Shown piece after piece: positions 25,892 through 39,119 of a DNA stretch of 64,000 bases (position 1 is its first letter; each line of letters begins with the position of its first letter). Source of the stretch: Eledone cirrhosa (lineage: Eukaryota); assembly GCA_964016885.1 (NCBI GenBank), contig OZ024744.1, forward strand, positions 57,908,001 to 57,972,000, in the 5' to 3' direction. The notes under the pieces were generated by a model, which ran no database searches, was not told the origin of the DNA, and saw nothing but the letters and a program-made list of their open reading frames with translations. The translations under genes were made by a program, and so were the position numbers.

Positions 25892-27094
25892 CTTCTTCTT
25901 CTTCTTCTTACTCTTCTTCTTATTATTATTGTTATTCTACTTCCTCTCCTTCTTCTTCTTTTTCTTCTTCTTCTTACTCTTCTTCTTCTTCTTACTCTTC
26001 TTCTTCTTCTTCTTCTTCTTCTTCTTCTTCTTCTTCTTCTTCTTCTCTTTACTCTTCTTCTTATTATTATTATTCTACTTCCTCTTCTTCTTCTTCTTCT
26101 TCTTCTTCTTCTTCTTCTTCTTCTTCTTCTTCTTCTCTTTACTCTTCTTCTTATTATTATTATTCTACTTCCTCTCCTTCTTCTTCTTCTTCTCCTTCTT
26201 CTTCTTCTTCTTCTTCTTCTTCTTCTTCTTCTTCTTCTCTTTACTCTTCTTCTTATTATTATTATTCTACTTCCTCTCCTTCTTCTTCTTCTTCTTCTTC
26301 TTCTTCTTCTTCTTCTTCTTCTTCTCTTTACTCTTCTTCTTATTATTATTATTCTACTTCCTCTTCTTCTTCTTCTTCTTCTTCTCCTTCTTCTTCTTCT
26401 TCTTCTTCTTCTTACTCTTCTTCTTCTTATTATTATTATTCTACTTCCTCTTCTTCTTCTTCTTCTTCTTCTCCTTCTTCTTCTTCTTCTTCTTCTTCTT
26501 CTTCTTCTTCTTCTTCTCTTTACTCTTCTTCTTATTATTATTATTCTACTTCCTCTTCTTCTTCTTCTTCTTCTTCTTCTTCTTCTTCTTCTTCTTCTTC
26601 TTCTCTTTACTCTTCTTCTTATTATTATTATTCTACTTCCTCTCCTTCTTCTTCTTGTTCTCCTTCTTCTTCTTCTTCTTCTTCTTCTTCTTCTTCTTCT
26701 TCTTCTTCTCTTTACTCTTCTTCTTATTATTATTATTCTACTTCCTCTCCTTCTTCTTCTTCTTCTTCTTCTTCTTCTTCTTCTTCTTCTTCTTCTTCTT
26801 CTTCTCTTACTCTTCTTCTTATTATTATTATTCTACTTCCTCTTCTTCTTCTTCTTCTTCTTCTCCTTCTTCTTCTTCTTCTTCTTCTTCTTACTCTTCT
26901 TCTTCTTATTATTATTATTCTACTTCCTCTCCTTCTTCTTCTTCTTCTTTTTCTTCTTCTTCTTCCTCTTCTTCTTCTTCTTACTCTTCTTCTTCTTCTT
27001 TTTCTTCTTCTTCTTCTTCTTCTTCTTCTTCTTCTTCTTCTTCTTCTCTTTACTCTTCTTCTTATTATTATTATTCTACTTCCTCTTCTTCTTC

Positions 27095-27150
<56 letters not shown>

Positions 27151-27472
27151 CTTCTTCTTCTTCTTCTTCTTCTCTTTACTCTTCTTCTTCTTATTATTAT
27201 TCTACTTCCTCTTCTTCTTCTTCTTCTACTTCTTCTTCTTCTTCTTCTACTTCTTCTTCTTACTCTTCTTCTTCTTATTATTATTATTATTCTACTTCCT
27301 CCCCTTCTTCTTCTTCTTCTTTTTCTTCTTCTTCTTACTCTTCTTCTTCTTCTTACTCTTCTTACTCTTCTTCTTCTTCTTCTTCTTCTTCTTCTTCTTC
27401 TTCTTCTTCTTCTCTTTACTCTTCTTCTTATTATTATTATTCTACTTCCTCTTCTTCTTCTTCTTCTTCTTC

Positions 27473-27507
<35 letters not shown>

Positions 27508-27595
27508 CTTCTTCTTATTATTATTATTATTCTACTTCCTCTCCTCCTTCTTCTTCTTCTTCTTCTTCTTTTTCTTCTTCTTCTTCTTCTTCTTC

Positions 27596-27628
<33 letters not shown>

Positions 27629-27691
27629 TACTTCCTCTCCTCCTTCTTCTTCTTCTTCTTCTTCTTATTCTTCTTCTTCTTCTTCTTCTTC

Positions 27692-27730
<39 letters not shown>

Positions 27731-27746
27731 TACTTCCTCTCCTTCT

Positions 27747-27780
<34 letters not shown>

Positions 27781-28917
27781 ACTCTTCTTCTTCTTAGGTG
27801 TGGTCGCCGTTTATCAGACGGGCCTTTCCGCAGCTCATTTCTTTGACTGAGCTGCAGTCCTGGGTCAAGAAGAGACCGAGACTGGGTGACTGGCACCTGG
27901 AGTGTTGCCAGGCACTCACTGCCCTCTACCAAGCGGGCAATGCGATCAGTGGAACTTCCACTCTCGAGTTCTATAGAGGATTAGTGGTGGGCAGGTGCGA
28001 TGACGCACTCGGAGAAGCTTTGGGCCTCGACGAAGTCGAACTAACCAGTCTGTACCGGAGGACTTTTGAGCCGGGGACGATGGACAATTTCCAGAAATCC
28101 CTCGCTTGGCAGTGCTACCGGGGGGCACTGCCGGTTCGGGATAAACTCTACAGGCACGGAAGTGCTGTCAGACGGACCTGCCCAAGATGCGCACAGAACG
28201 ACGAAACCGTTCTGCACGCACTTGTCCAATGTCTGTGCATTACTGACTTGTGGAGTTATGTCGAACAGCTACTGTCACATGTGGAACGAATCCGGTTATC
28301 GGCCGAGTCCATAGTGAAGATCGAGCCGCCACCTTCCTTAGGTCAGGAAGAGCAGGACATTTTCCTCTGTCTGGTGGCAGTTGCGAAAGAGATTATATGG
28401 TGGACCAGGTTGAAAGGCCTAAAGACAGACACTTTTCTCTTCGGCCAATCCCTCATCAACTTCTTCAAGTTTCACCTGGAAAGGAGGGTGAGGGTGGAGA
28501 GAGAAGTGCTGCCCCCCAGTACATTTGCTAAAAGGTGGGTGAATGTGGCGAGAATGGCTCGTGTGAATGGGCCTACTCTGACCATGCGCCTATAGGCTGG
28601 CTAACTTGAGGAGAGGGGTGCTCTCCTGGGTGCCCTAGAAGCGCAGGGTGGTTCAGGATTGGTGGGGTACCCGAATCACCCCAGGGTCGTCCACCCCCTA
28701 TCGGGGAATTTATTTTGTTATATTTTGCATAGTTTATTTTATATTTTTATATTTTCATTGTTAAATTAGTTTTGCCATTGTGCACTTTTACTCGACCTTA
28801 TTGTAAACCCCCACTGTCCCTGTCTTTGTATTGTCCTCTACATGTCGGCCCTTGTGGCTAATAAATGAAATCATTATTATTATTCTACTTCCTCTCCTTC
28901 TTCTTCTTCTTCTTCTT

Positions 28918-28950
<33 letters not shown>

Positions 28951-28975
28951 CTTCTTCTTCTTCTTATTATTATTC

Positions 28976-29031
<56 letters not shown>

Positions 29032-29068
29032 CTTCTTCTTCTTATTATTATTCTACTTCCTCTCCTTC

Positions 29069-29103
<35 letters not shown>

Positions 29104-29154
29104 CTTCTTCTTCTTATTATTATTCTACTTCCTCTCCTTCTTCTTCTTCTTCTT

Positions 29155-29187
<33 letters not shown>

Positions 29188-29283
29188 CTTCTTCTTCTTA
29201 TTATTATTATTCTACTTCCTCTCCTTCTTCTTCTTCTTCTTCTTACTCTTCTTCTTCTTATTATTATTATTCTACTTCCTCTC

Positions 29284-29316
<33 letters not shown>

Positions 29317-29346
29317 CTTCTTACTCTTCTTCTTCTTCTTCTTCTT

Positions 29347-29379
<33 letters not shown>

Positions 29380-29404
29380 CTTCTTCTTCTTATTATTATT
29401 ATTC

Positions 29405-29460
<56 letters not shown>

Positions 29461-29487
29461 CTTCTTCTTCTTCTTCTTCTTCTTCTT

Positions 29488-29520
<33 letters not shown>

Positions 29521-29532
29521 CTTCTTCTTCTT

Positions 29533-29565
<33 letters not shown>

Positions 29566-29607
29566 CTTCTTCTTATTATTATTATTATTCTACTTCCTCT
29601 CCTTCTT

Positions 29608-29640
<33 letters not shown>

Positions 29641-29679
29641 CTTCTTCTTCTTATTATTATTCTACTTCCTCTCCTTCTT

Positions 29680-29712
<33 letters not shown>

Positions 29713-29868
29713 CTTCTTCTTCTTATTATTATTATTCTACTTCCTCTCCTTCTTCTTCTTCTTCTTCTTACTCTTCTTCTTCTTATTATTATTATTCTAC
29801 TTCCTCTCCTTCTTCTTCTTCTTCTTCTTCTTCTTACTCTTCTTACTCTTCTTCTTCTTCTTCTTCTT

Positions 29869-29901
<33 letters not shown>

Positions 29902-29926
29902 CTTCTTCTTCTTATTATTATTATTC

Positions 29927-29982
<56 letters not shown>

Positions 29983-29988
29983 CTTCTT

Positions 29989-30021
<33 letters not shown>

Positions 30022-30078
30022 CTTCTTCTTATTATTATTATTATTCTACTTCCTCTCCTTCTTCTTCTTCTTCTTCTT

Positions 30079-30111
<33 letters not shown>

Positions 30112-30162
30112 CTTCTTCTTATTATTATTATTCTACTTCCTCTCCTTCTTCTTCTTCTTCTT

Positions 30163-30195
<33 letters not shown>

Positions 30196-30299
30196 CTTCT
30201 TCTTATTATTATTATTCTACTTCCTCTCATTCTTCTTCTTCTTCTTCTTCTTCTTACTCTTCTTCTTCTTATTATTATTATTCTACTTCCTCTCCTTCT

Positions 30300-30339
<40 letters not shown>

Positions 30340-30364
30340 CTTCTTCTTATTATTATTATTATTC

Positions 30365-30420
<56 letters not shown>

Positions 30421-30468
30421 CTTCTTCTTATTATTATTATTCTACTTCCTCTCCTTCTTCTTCTTCTT

Positions 30469-30501
<33 letters not shown>

Positions 30502-30558
30502 CTTCTTCTTATTATTATTATTATTCTACTTCCTCTCCTTCTTCTTCTTCCTCTCCTT

Positions 30559-30591
<33 letters not shown>

Positions 30592-30721
30592 CTTCTTCTT
30601 CTTATTATTATTATTCTACTTCCTCTCCTTCTTCTTCTTCTTCTTCTTTTTCTTCTTCTTCTTCTTACTCTTCTTCTTATTATTCTACTTCCCCTCCTTC
30701 TTCTTCTTCTTCTTCTTCTTC

Positions 30722-30769
<48 letters not shown>

Positions 30770-30837
30770 TACTTCCTCTCCTTCTTCTTCCTCTCCTTCT
30801 TCTTCTTCTTACTCTTCTTCTTCTTCTTACTCTTCTT

Positions 30838-30870
<33 letters not shown>

Positions 30871-30927
30871 CTTCTTCTTCTTATTATTATTATTCTACTT
30901 CCTCTTCTTCTTCTTCTTCTTCTTCTT

Positions 30928-30960
<33 letters not shown>

Positions 30961-31101
30961 CTTCTTCTTCTTATTATTATTATTCTACTTCCTCTCCTTC
31001 TTCTTCCTCTCCTTCTTCTTCCTCTCCTTCTTCTTCTTCTTTTTCTTCTTCTTCTTACTCTTCTTTTTCTTCTTACTCTTCTTCTTCTTCTTCTTCTTCT
31101 T

Positions 31102-31134
<33 letters not shown>

Positions 31135-31236
31135 CTTCTTCTTCTTCTTCTTACTCTTCTTCTTATTATTATTATTCTACTTCCTCTTCTTCTTCTTCTT
31201 CTTACTCTTCTTCTTCTTATTATTATTATTATTATT
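25695..31236. repeat. Compound (TTC)n/(TTA)n array with a higher-order unit, interrupted by a LINE
   Basis: Recurring (TTC)n TTA CTC (TTC)2-3 (TTA)3-5 TTC TAC TTC CTC TCC. Confidence 0.97.
27797..28872 (+). mobile_element. Tx1/L1-clade LINE 3' fragment
   Basis: LAWQCYRGALPVRDKL..CPRC...ET.LH....C..LW zinc-knuckle region; 3' UTR ends in ctaataaa; homolog at 59260-59730. Confidence 0.85.
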
Positions 31237-32483
31237 GTTCTTTGAGTCTCAGTCATTGATGTTAGTTAACTGGAAAGTCCGTTGGAATGAATATCAAGCC
31301 ACTACCTGCAGCCTCAGATATTCAGGACGTATCGGAGGGTTCTTTCTGTTCCCAGCAAGCATGCCTTTTGAAGCGTTCCAAAAAGCGTGAAGGGGCCGAT
31401 TTTCTTTAACCATCCCTGGAAACTTTTGGAGATAGTCCCCAGTGCGCCTATCACAATCAGGCACAATCTTTTTTCTTTGTCCACAACCACCAGGTCAGGT
31501 CTATTGTGTTCCAGTTTCTTGTTCGTCTGTATCCTAAAATCCCATAGCACCTTCACTTGACCGTTTTCTATCACCGACTCTGGCTTATGCTCATACCACT
31601 TCTCAGAATGTGGTAAATTGTTTACTTTGCATAGGTGCCAGTGGATCACCCTGCCCATCACACTTATAGTGAGTCTGGGCTAGGTGTTTACACTCAGATA
31701 CAATGTGAGCCACAGTCTCCTCTCTCTCCACACATCCTGCACAGTGGGCTAGCCTCCTCCTTGTAAATATGGTGTTTCAACCACTTCGTTTTGAGGGCCT
31801 GCTCCTGCGCAGCCATTAACATTCCTTCTGTAGCCTTTTGAAGGTCTCCTCTTTTCAACCAGTTCCATGTCTGTGGATCTCTAAATTCAGTTTTCTCAAA
31901 GAAGGTACTATGAAGGGATTTTTCCTGAAGGCTGCTCTTTCTCCTTGATGTTATTTCCTCCTTGGACATCCCCTGGCCTATTGTCCCCTTCTTCAGTACA
32001 GTTCTGAGCATTGGCTCCCTACTATCAGTCACATATTTGTGTAGGTTGTTTTTCTCCATCTGAACACAGTCCTCTATGCTGATAAGACCTCTTCCACCTT
32101 CAGATCTCCTTAAGTAGAGTCTATCGACATCACTCCTCTAGTGGAACATGTTGTAGATAGTCAATAGCTTCCTAGTCTTCCTATCCATTTCTTTTTGTTC
32201 AGCAACATTCCATCTCAGAATTCCCGCACTGTACCTAATAATAGACACAGCTCGGGAATTTACTGCACTTATGGCATTCCTACTGTTCAGATGTGACTTT
32301 AATACGCTCCTTACTCTCCAAATGTATTCAGATCTTATCAATTCCTTCATTTTTTTGTTCTTGATGTCATCAGCCTCCAGAACGCCCAAATACTTGTATC
32401 CTTCCTCAGAGTCAATTTCCTTTATCATCTCACCTGTTGGTACCTGGATTCCGTTACTTCTGCTCAATTTACTCCTCCTCATC
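31236..32483 (-). mobile_element. R4/Dong-type LINE 3' fragment with internal deletions
   Basis: Same family as 12939-14946; (TAA)n at both ends. Confidence 0.92.
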
Positions 32484-32524
<41 letters not shown>

Positions 32525-32540
32525 CTCCTCTCCTTCTTCT

Positions 32541-32571
<31 letters not shown>

Positions 32572-32595
32572 ACTCTTCTTCTTTTTCTTCTTCTT

Positions 32596-32628
<33 letters not shown>

Positions 32629-32739
32629 CTTCTTTTTATTATTTTTATTATTATTCCTCCTCTCCTTCTTCTTTTTCTTCTTCTTCTTCTTCTTCTTCTT
32701 ACTCTTCTTTTTATTATTTTTATTATTATTCCTCCTCTC

Positions 32740-32772
<33 letters not shown>

Positions 32773-32905
32773 CTTCTTCTTCTTCTTCTTCTTCTTCTTC
32801 TTCTTCTTCTTCTTCTTCTTCTTCTTCTTCTTCTTCCTCCTCTCCTTCTTCTTCTTCTTCTTCTTCTTACTCTTCTTCTTCTTGTTCTTCTTCTTCTTCT
32901 TCTTC

Positions 32906-32944
<39 letters not shown>

Positions 32945-33052
32945 CTCCTCTTCTTCTTCTTCTTCTTCTTCTTCTTCTTCTTCTTCTTCTTCTTCTTTTC
33001 TTACTCTTCTTTTTATTATTATTATTATTATTCCTCCCCTTCTTCTTCTTCA
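32484..33052. repeat. Compound (TTC)n/(TTA)n microsatellite
   Basis: Direct reading; a smaller one lies at 35639-35800. Confidence 0.95.
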
Positions 33053-33053
33053 T

Positions 33054-33354
33054 CATCATTCATAATTTCATTTTATGTCCACTTTTCCCTGCCTGCAAGG
33101 GTGGGACGGGAACTGATTCTGGCTGGATGCCCTTCCTAACACCAACTTCATTTACAGTGAGTGCTGGATGCTTTTTTGCCGTGGAATGATAAGGACCCCA
33201 GTCCCTATCATCTCATTTCTACAGCTGAGTAAACTGGAGCAATGTGAAATAAAGTGTCTTGCTCAAGGAAACAACACATCACCCGGTCTGAGAATTGAAC
33301 TCACAACCTTTTGATTGCAAGGCCAATGCTCTAACCACTAAGCCATATGCCTCC
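33054..33354 (-). mobile_element. SINE family 2
   Basis: Reverse complement of the 12196-12530 type. Confidence 0.85.
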
Positions 33355-33371
33355 TTATTATTATTATTATT

Positions 33372-35606
33372 GTTGTTATTCCTTGAATCTCAGTCATTGA
33401 TGTTGGTTAACTGGAAAGTCCGTTGGAATGAATATCAAGCCACTACCTGCAGCCTCAGATATTCAGGACGTATCGGAGGGTTCTTGCTGTTCCAAGCAAG
33501 CATGCCTTTTGAAGCGTTCCAAAACGCGTGAAGGGGCCGATTTTCTTTAACCATCCCTGGAAACTTTGGGAGATAGTCCCTAGTGCGCCTATGACAATCG
33601 GGATCACTTTGACTTCATGGCAGTTCCAAATCCTTTTCACCTCCCACTTTAGGTCCTGGTATCGGTTAATTTTCTCCCTCTCCTTCTCTTGCACTCTCGT
33701 GTCGAAAGGGCAGGCACATCCACAATCAGACACGATCTTTTTTCTTTGTCCACAACCACCAGGTCAGGTCTATTGTGTTCCAGTTTTTTGTCCGTCTGTA
33801 TCCTAAAATCCCACAGCACCTTCACCTGATTGTTCTCCATCACCGCCTCTGGCCTATGCTCATACCATTTCTCAGAATGTGGTAAATTGTTTACTTTGCA
33901 CAGGTGCCAGTGGATCACCCTGCCCATCACATCGTGTCTCCAGCCCTTATAGTGGGTCTGGGCTAGGTGTTTACACTTGGACACAATGTGAGCCACAGTC
34001 TCCTCTCTCTCTCTCCACAGATCCTGCACAGTGGGCTAGCCTCCTCCTTGTAAATATGGTGCTTCAACCACTTCGTTTTGAGGGCCTGCTCCTGCGCAGC
34101 CATTAGCATTCCTTCTGTAGCCTTTTTGAGGTCTCCTCTTCTCAACCAGTTCCATGTCTGTGGATCTCTAAATTCAGTTTTCTCAAAGAAGGTACTATGA
34201 AGGGATTTTCCCTTAAGGCTGCTCTTCCTCCTTGATGTTATTTCCTCCTTGGACATCCCCTGGCCTACTGTCCCCTCCTTCAGTACAGTTCTGAGCATTG
34301 GCTCCTTACTATAGGTCACGTATTTGTATAGGTTGTTTTTCTCCATCTGAACACAGTCCTCTATGCTGATAAGACCTCTTCCACCCTCAGATCTCCTTAG
34401 GTAGAGTCTATCGACATCACTCCTCTTGTGGAACATGTTGTAGATAGTCAATAGCTTCCTAGTCTTCCTATCCATTTCTTTTTGTTCAGCAACATTCCAT
34501 CTCAGAATTCCCGCACTGTACCTAATAATAGACACAGCTCGGGAATTTACTGCGCTTATGGCATTTCTGCTGTTCAGATGTGACTTCAATACGCTCCTTA
34601 CTCTCCGAATGTATTCAGTTCTTAACAATTCCTTCATTTTTTTGTTCTTTATGCCATCAGCCTCCAGAACGCCCAAATACTTGTATCCTTCCTCAGAGTC
34701 AATTTCCTTTATCATCTCACCTGTTGGTATCTGGATCCCGTTACTTCTGCTCAACCTACCCCTCCTCATCACAATGACTCCACATTTACTAATGCCAAAC
34801 TGCATACATATATCACTGCTGAAAATACGGACAGTGTCAACAAGCACATCCAACTCCTTCTCACTTTTCCCGAAGAGCTTAAGATCGTCCATGAAGAGGA
34901 GGTGATTGATGGTAAGCTCTCCCTTTCCCAACTTGTATCCTGCTCTCACTTTTCGCAGCATAATGGTCAAGGGCATCAGGGCAAGGACAAACAACAGAGG
35001 GGACAGGCTATCTCCCTGGAAGATACCTCTCTTGATCTTCACGCTTCCCAAGGATACTCCAGTTGATGTCAACTCTGTCTCCCAGGACCCCATACTCCTG
35101 CCCAGCAACTGTCTGATGTTATCTGCCACCCTGAAGATCTCCAGGCTTTTGGTGATCCAAGAATGAGGCACCATGTCAAATGCCTTTCTGTAGTCTATCC
35201 ATCCCATGACAAGATCAGTGTGTCTCCTCCTGCAATTCCCCATTACCATCTTATCAATAAGTAACTGGTCCTTTGTACCACGTGACTTCTTTCGGCATCC
35301 TTTCTGTTCGTCCGGTAACAAGTTGTTTGTGTGGAGGTGATGGTAGATTTCCTCAGACACAATGCTTGTCAACAGTTTCCACATTACGGACAGACATGTG
35401 ATAGGTCTATAGTTGGTAACATCATTACCCTTGCTTCGGTCTTTCATTATCAGAACTGTGGTACCTTTTGTCAACCACTCTGGCACCTCACCCGACACCA
35501 AGCAGTCATTGAACATGGCCGTCAGCTTCGGGTGGAGGGATGTTAAATTTTTAATCCAATACCCCTGCACACCATCTGGGCCTGGTGATTTCCAGTTGGT
35601 TAGTTT
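33372..35606 (-). mobile_element. R4/Dong-type LINE, 5'-truncated; 535-aa RT-containing ORF at 33963-35570
   Basis: WKSPGPDG, NYRPITCL, GIFQGDSLSP, HLLFMDDLKL; frameshift at an (AG)n run before the RLE domain. Confidence 0.94.
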
Positions 35607-35638
35607 CCAATGCTCTAACCACTAAGCCATATGCCTCC

Positions 35639-35683
<45 letters not shown>

Positions 35684-35800
35684 CTCCTCTCCTTCTTCTC
35701 CTTCCTCTTCTTCTTACTCTTCTTCTTCTTCTTATTATTATTATTATTATTATTATTCCTCTTCTTCTTCTTCTTCTTCTTCTTCTTCTTCTTCTTCTTC

Positions 35801-36200
35801 CTGAGAGGTCCGTGGGACAGAGTCCTCAAACTACACCTTCCAGCGAGTCCTGTCAGAAGCAAGTATCTCCAACTGCTCCAGCTGGAACCCCAAGTGAGAC
35901 CAACTGAGCTCATGGATGTTATCCAACCATCTTGCTCAGGGTTCACCCCTAGGGTCTCCTGTCGGTTGATTTTCCCTGTAAAATCTGTCCAGTGATTCTT
36001 TCCTGAGACATTCTAACCACATGCCCCCCTTAGTATTGAAGCCGTGATCTCTCAATTCTGAGAAGTAGCAGCTCTACCTGGCGTGATTCTCTGATCTCTG
36101 AGCTACGCACTCTATCACATAACGTTACTCCAAAAACCCTTTAGAGGAACCCCATTTTAGCCACTTGTATTCATGATCATATTCTTTTGATCATTACTCA
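35801..36200 (-). mobile_element. RTE-like LINE 3' fragment with a (GAA)n tail
   Basis: Minus-strand SQLRW..HV.RM...RG.PRARWLDNI-like remnants; second copy at 43716-44100. Confidence 0.65.
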
Positions 36201-36238
36201 AGTGTTTATTCTCAATAAAATGGTGAACCTCCAACATA

Positions 36239-36438
36239 TTAGGGTTGGCTGAAAAGTTCTTAAAGTGACCAAGATACTCTCATGGAATGACCAAATGAGG
36301 TTTATTTTTCAATATAGTCCCTGGAAAAAAACAATGATTTGATTAATAAGAATAGTTGAAATTAATGCATGTAAGATTTCACAGTTCTGGCATCACTCTT
36401 TCATAGACAGCCTATGAACTTTTCAACCTATACCCTCG
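36239..36438. mobile_element. Tc1/mariner-type MITE
   Basis: Imperfect TIRs agggttggctgaaaagttc / gaacttttcaacctataccctcg flanked by TA; related fragment at about 10485-10587. Confidence 0.65.
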
Positions 36439-36914
36439 TAATTAAGCAAAGTTAGAATATGAACCAGTAATAAGCAGAGACATAATTGAAATAGTTCTAG
36501 TGCAACACCTTTGATGAGATTTGAACCTGAATTGATCTTTAAATAAAACAGTTTCTTTTTTAAAGACTCGCTACTACCCTATAGTCTCTATTCTATGACT
36601 GCACAGTGTAGTGAAACACTTATAATTAAATGGATGATAGAAGAATATGAACTTGCAACAACATATATTATATATATTATTTACTTTAATACTTCAATAC
36701 AACACACATATTTGCTGAAGCCAGAAGCCAGAAGCCAGAACCCATAAAGACATGCTGATGCATGTACAGGAAATATTCACATTTATTATTATCATTTCAT
36801 CCCCCAAGGTTAACTTTACCTTTCATCCTTACGAGATCGATGAAAATAAAGTACCAGTAATGCACTGGGTAATTGCTGGCCTTGTGCCAAAAGTAGAAAC
36901 AATTATTATCATTT

Positions 36915-38300
36915 CATCATCATCATCATCATCATCACCGTTTTACGTCCGTTTTTCCACGCTAGCATGGGTTAGACGGGTTGTCCTGTCGAGGACAGTG
37001 TCCGGTCGGCTGACCTTGTCTTGCTCATACAGGAACTGATTCTGGCTTGATTTCTACAGCTGGATGCCCTTCCTAACACCAACCTCATTTACAGTGAGTG
37101 CTGGGTGCTTTTTTCCATGGCGTCTATACGTCCACTTTACAGTGTGGGCTGGGTGCTTTTTTGCCGTGGCACCTCCACGACCACTTTGCAGTGGGAGGGA
37201 GTGGGGGCATATTGTCTATATGCTTCAGCTTCGGCTTGTACCCGCGGGGTGTCGGATCTTCTGTATTACTGCCTGATGCCAGAAGTCATGGTCGTGCTTC
37301 ATCGCCTTTAAGAGGTGTAATTGGTTTGCTTTTATCACCTCATCCCAGGTCTTCGAGGGTCTCCCCACTCTGCGGCTTCCATCGACTTCTAGTGCTCTGC
37401 ACCTTTTTATGCAGCTGTCATCCTTCATATGCATCACATGTCCATACCAACGTAACCTCCTCTCCTGCACACAACTTTGATTCCTCTTATGCTCAGTCTC
37501 TCTCTCAATTCATTAATGCATTGCCATTCGCGTATATTACTATTACACATCCATCGGAGCATGCAGTCTTCGTTTCTTTCTAATCTACGTAAGTCTTCCA
37601 CAGTCAGCGCCCAGGTCTCACTGCCATGTAACATTGCTGTTCGTAGACACGCATCATACAGTCTGCCTTTCATTTTGCAGCTAGCAGTGGCAGTAGCTCC
37701 TTGAACTTCTTCCATCCTGGTCTTACTCTAGTTATTGTACTTTCCGAACACCCACCTCCGCTGCTAATTCGGTCACCTAGGTAGCAGAAGCTGTCTACTG
37801 TTTCTACAGGGCCCTCCCAGAGATTGGTGGTACTTGTTTCCTGTGGCTGTTTGCTGCTTGCTGTCCCAGCACAGCTGCTACATGTGAAGCCTACATTCTT
37901 AATTAAGCTTCCTGAGATCCCGCTACATCTCTTGTGTACCCATTGTTTGCATTTGGGGCAAAGAATGGAGTTCCTACCTACACCTTTCCTACATACTGAG
38001 CAAGGCCATTTCCCTGAGGGGATCTGGGTTCTGTTTTCTCATCTACTTACAAGGACCTTAGTCTTTGTCAGGTTGACTTTGAGACCCTCTCTTTCTAGTC
38101 CCTGCTTCCAAGTTTGGAATTTCTTCTCTAATTCTACCATAGATTCAGCTATAAGTGTGAAGTCATCAGCATACAGGAGTTCCCATGGGCATCCGGTCTT
38201 AAACTCCTCCGTTATTGCCTGCAGGGCTATGATGAACAGGAGATGGCTAAGAACAGAGCCCTGGTGGACCCCAACCTGTACGCTAAATTCCTCTCTATAC
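36915..38300 (-). mobile_element. RTE family A LINE, 5'-truncated
   Basis: Reverse-complement homolog of 2410-3684, including the 3' UTR and (GAT)n tail. Confidence 0.92.
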
Positions 38301-38336
38301 TCAAAGGCTTTCTCAAGATTGATGGTTAGTGGTTAT

Positions 38337-38708
38337 ACATGGCTTAGTGGTTGGAGCATTGGCAATCGAAAGGTTGTGAGTTCAATTCTCAGACCGGGTG
38401 ATGTGTTGTTTCCTTGAGCAAGACACTTTATTTCACATTGCTCCAGTTTACTCAGCTGTAGAAATAAGATGCTAGGGACTGGGGTCCCTATCATTCCACT
38501 GCAAAGTGGTCGTGGAGGTGCTACAGCAAAAAAAAAGCACCCAGCTCATACTGTAAAGTAGACATGTAGGCGCCATGGAAAAAAAGCACCCAGCACTCAC
38601 TGTAAATGAGGTTGGTGTTAGGCAAGCAGCCAGCTGTAGAAATCAAGCCAGAATCAATTCCCATCCTACCCTTGCAAGCAGGGAAAAGCTGACGTAAAAT
38701 GATGATGA
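38337..38708 (+). mobile_element. SINE family 2
   Basis: Homologous to 17757-18140. Confidence 0.85.
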
Positions 38709-39119
38709 TATATATATATAAATGATAATAATAAATGTGAATATTTATTATTATCATTCATATATTTTCTGTGTTCTCTCAAGCATAACATCTTTTTAAC
38801 TCCTGATTCTCCACATGATGTCTATGACACTAACAACACTTATGTATCCTAAATATTCTGAATGACTAGGATTTTAGTCACATGTTTTGACATTCCCTAT
38901 GCTCCAATGATTCCAGCCTTCCCTCTGGAAGAAACAATTGTCAGCAAATGAATTTGATCGTTTTAACATTTTGTATCTTGACTCTGTAAAACACTTGATA
39001 ATGTGCCTTGAGCCTTTTGTCATACCGGTAACCGGCTAGTACTTAGTACTACTCTCGATATTTATAGTTGTATTAAACATATATAAGTATAAATATTCTT
39101 ATTACTATATATATATATC

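Noticed and set aside
25668-33189. Very long ORFs (400-840 aa) of poly-F/L/S/R/I
   Set aside because: Translations of TTC/TTA triplet arrays that lack stops by composition
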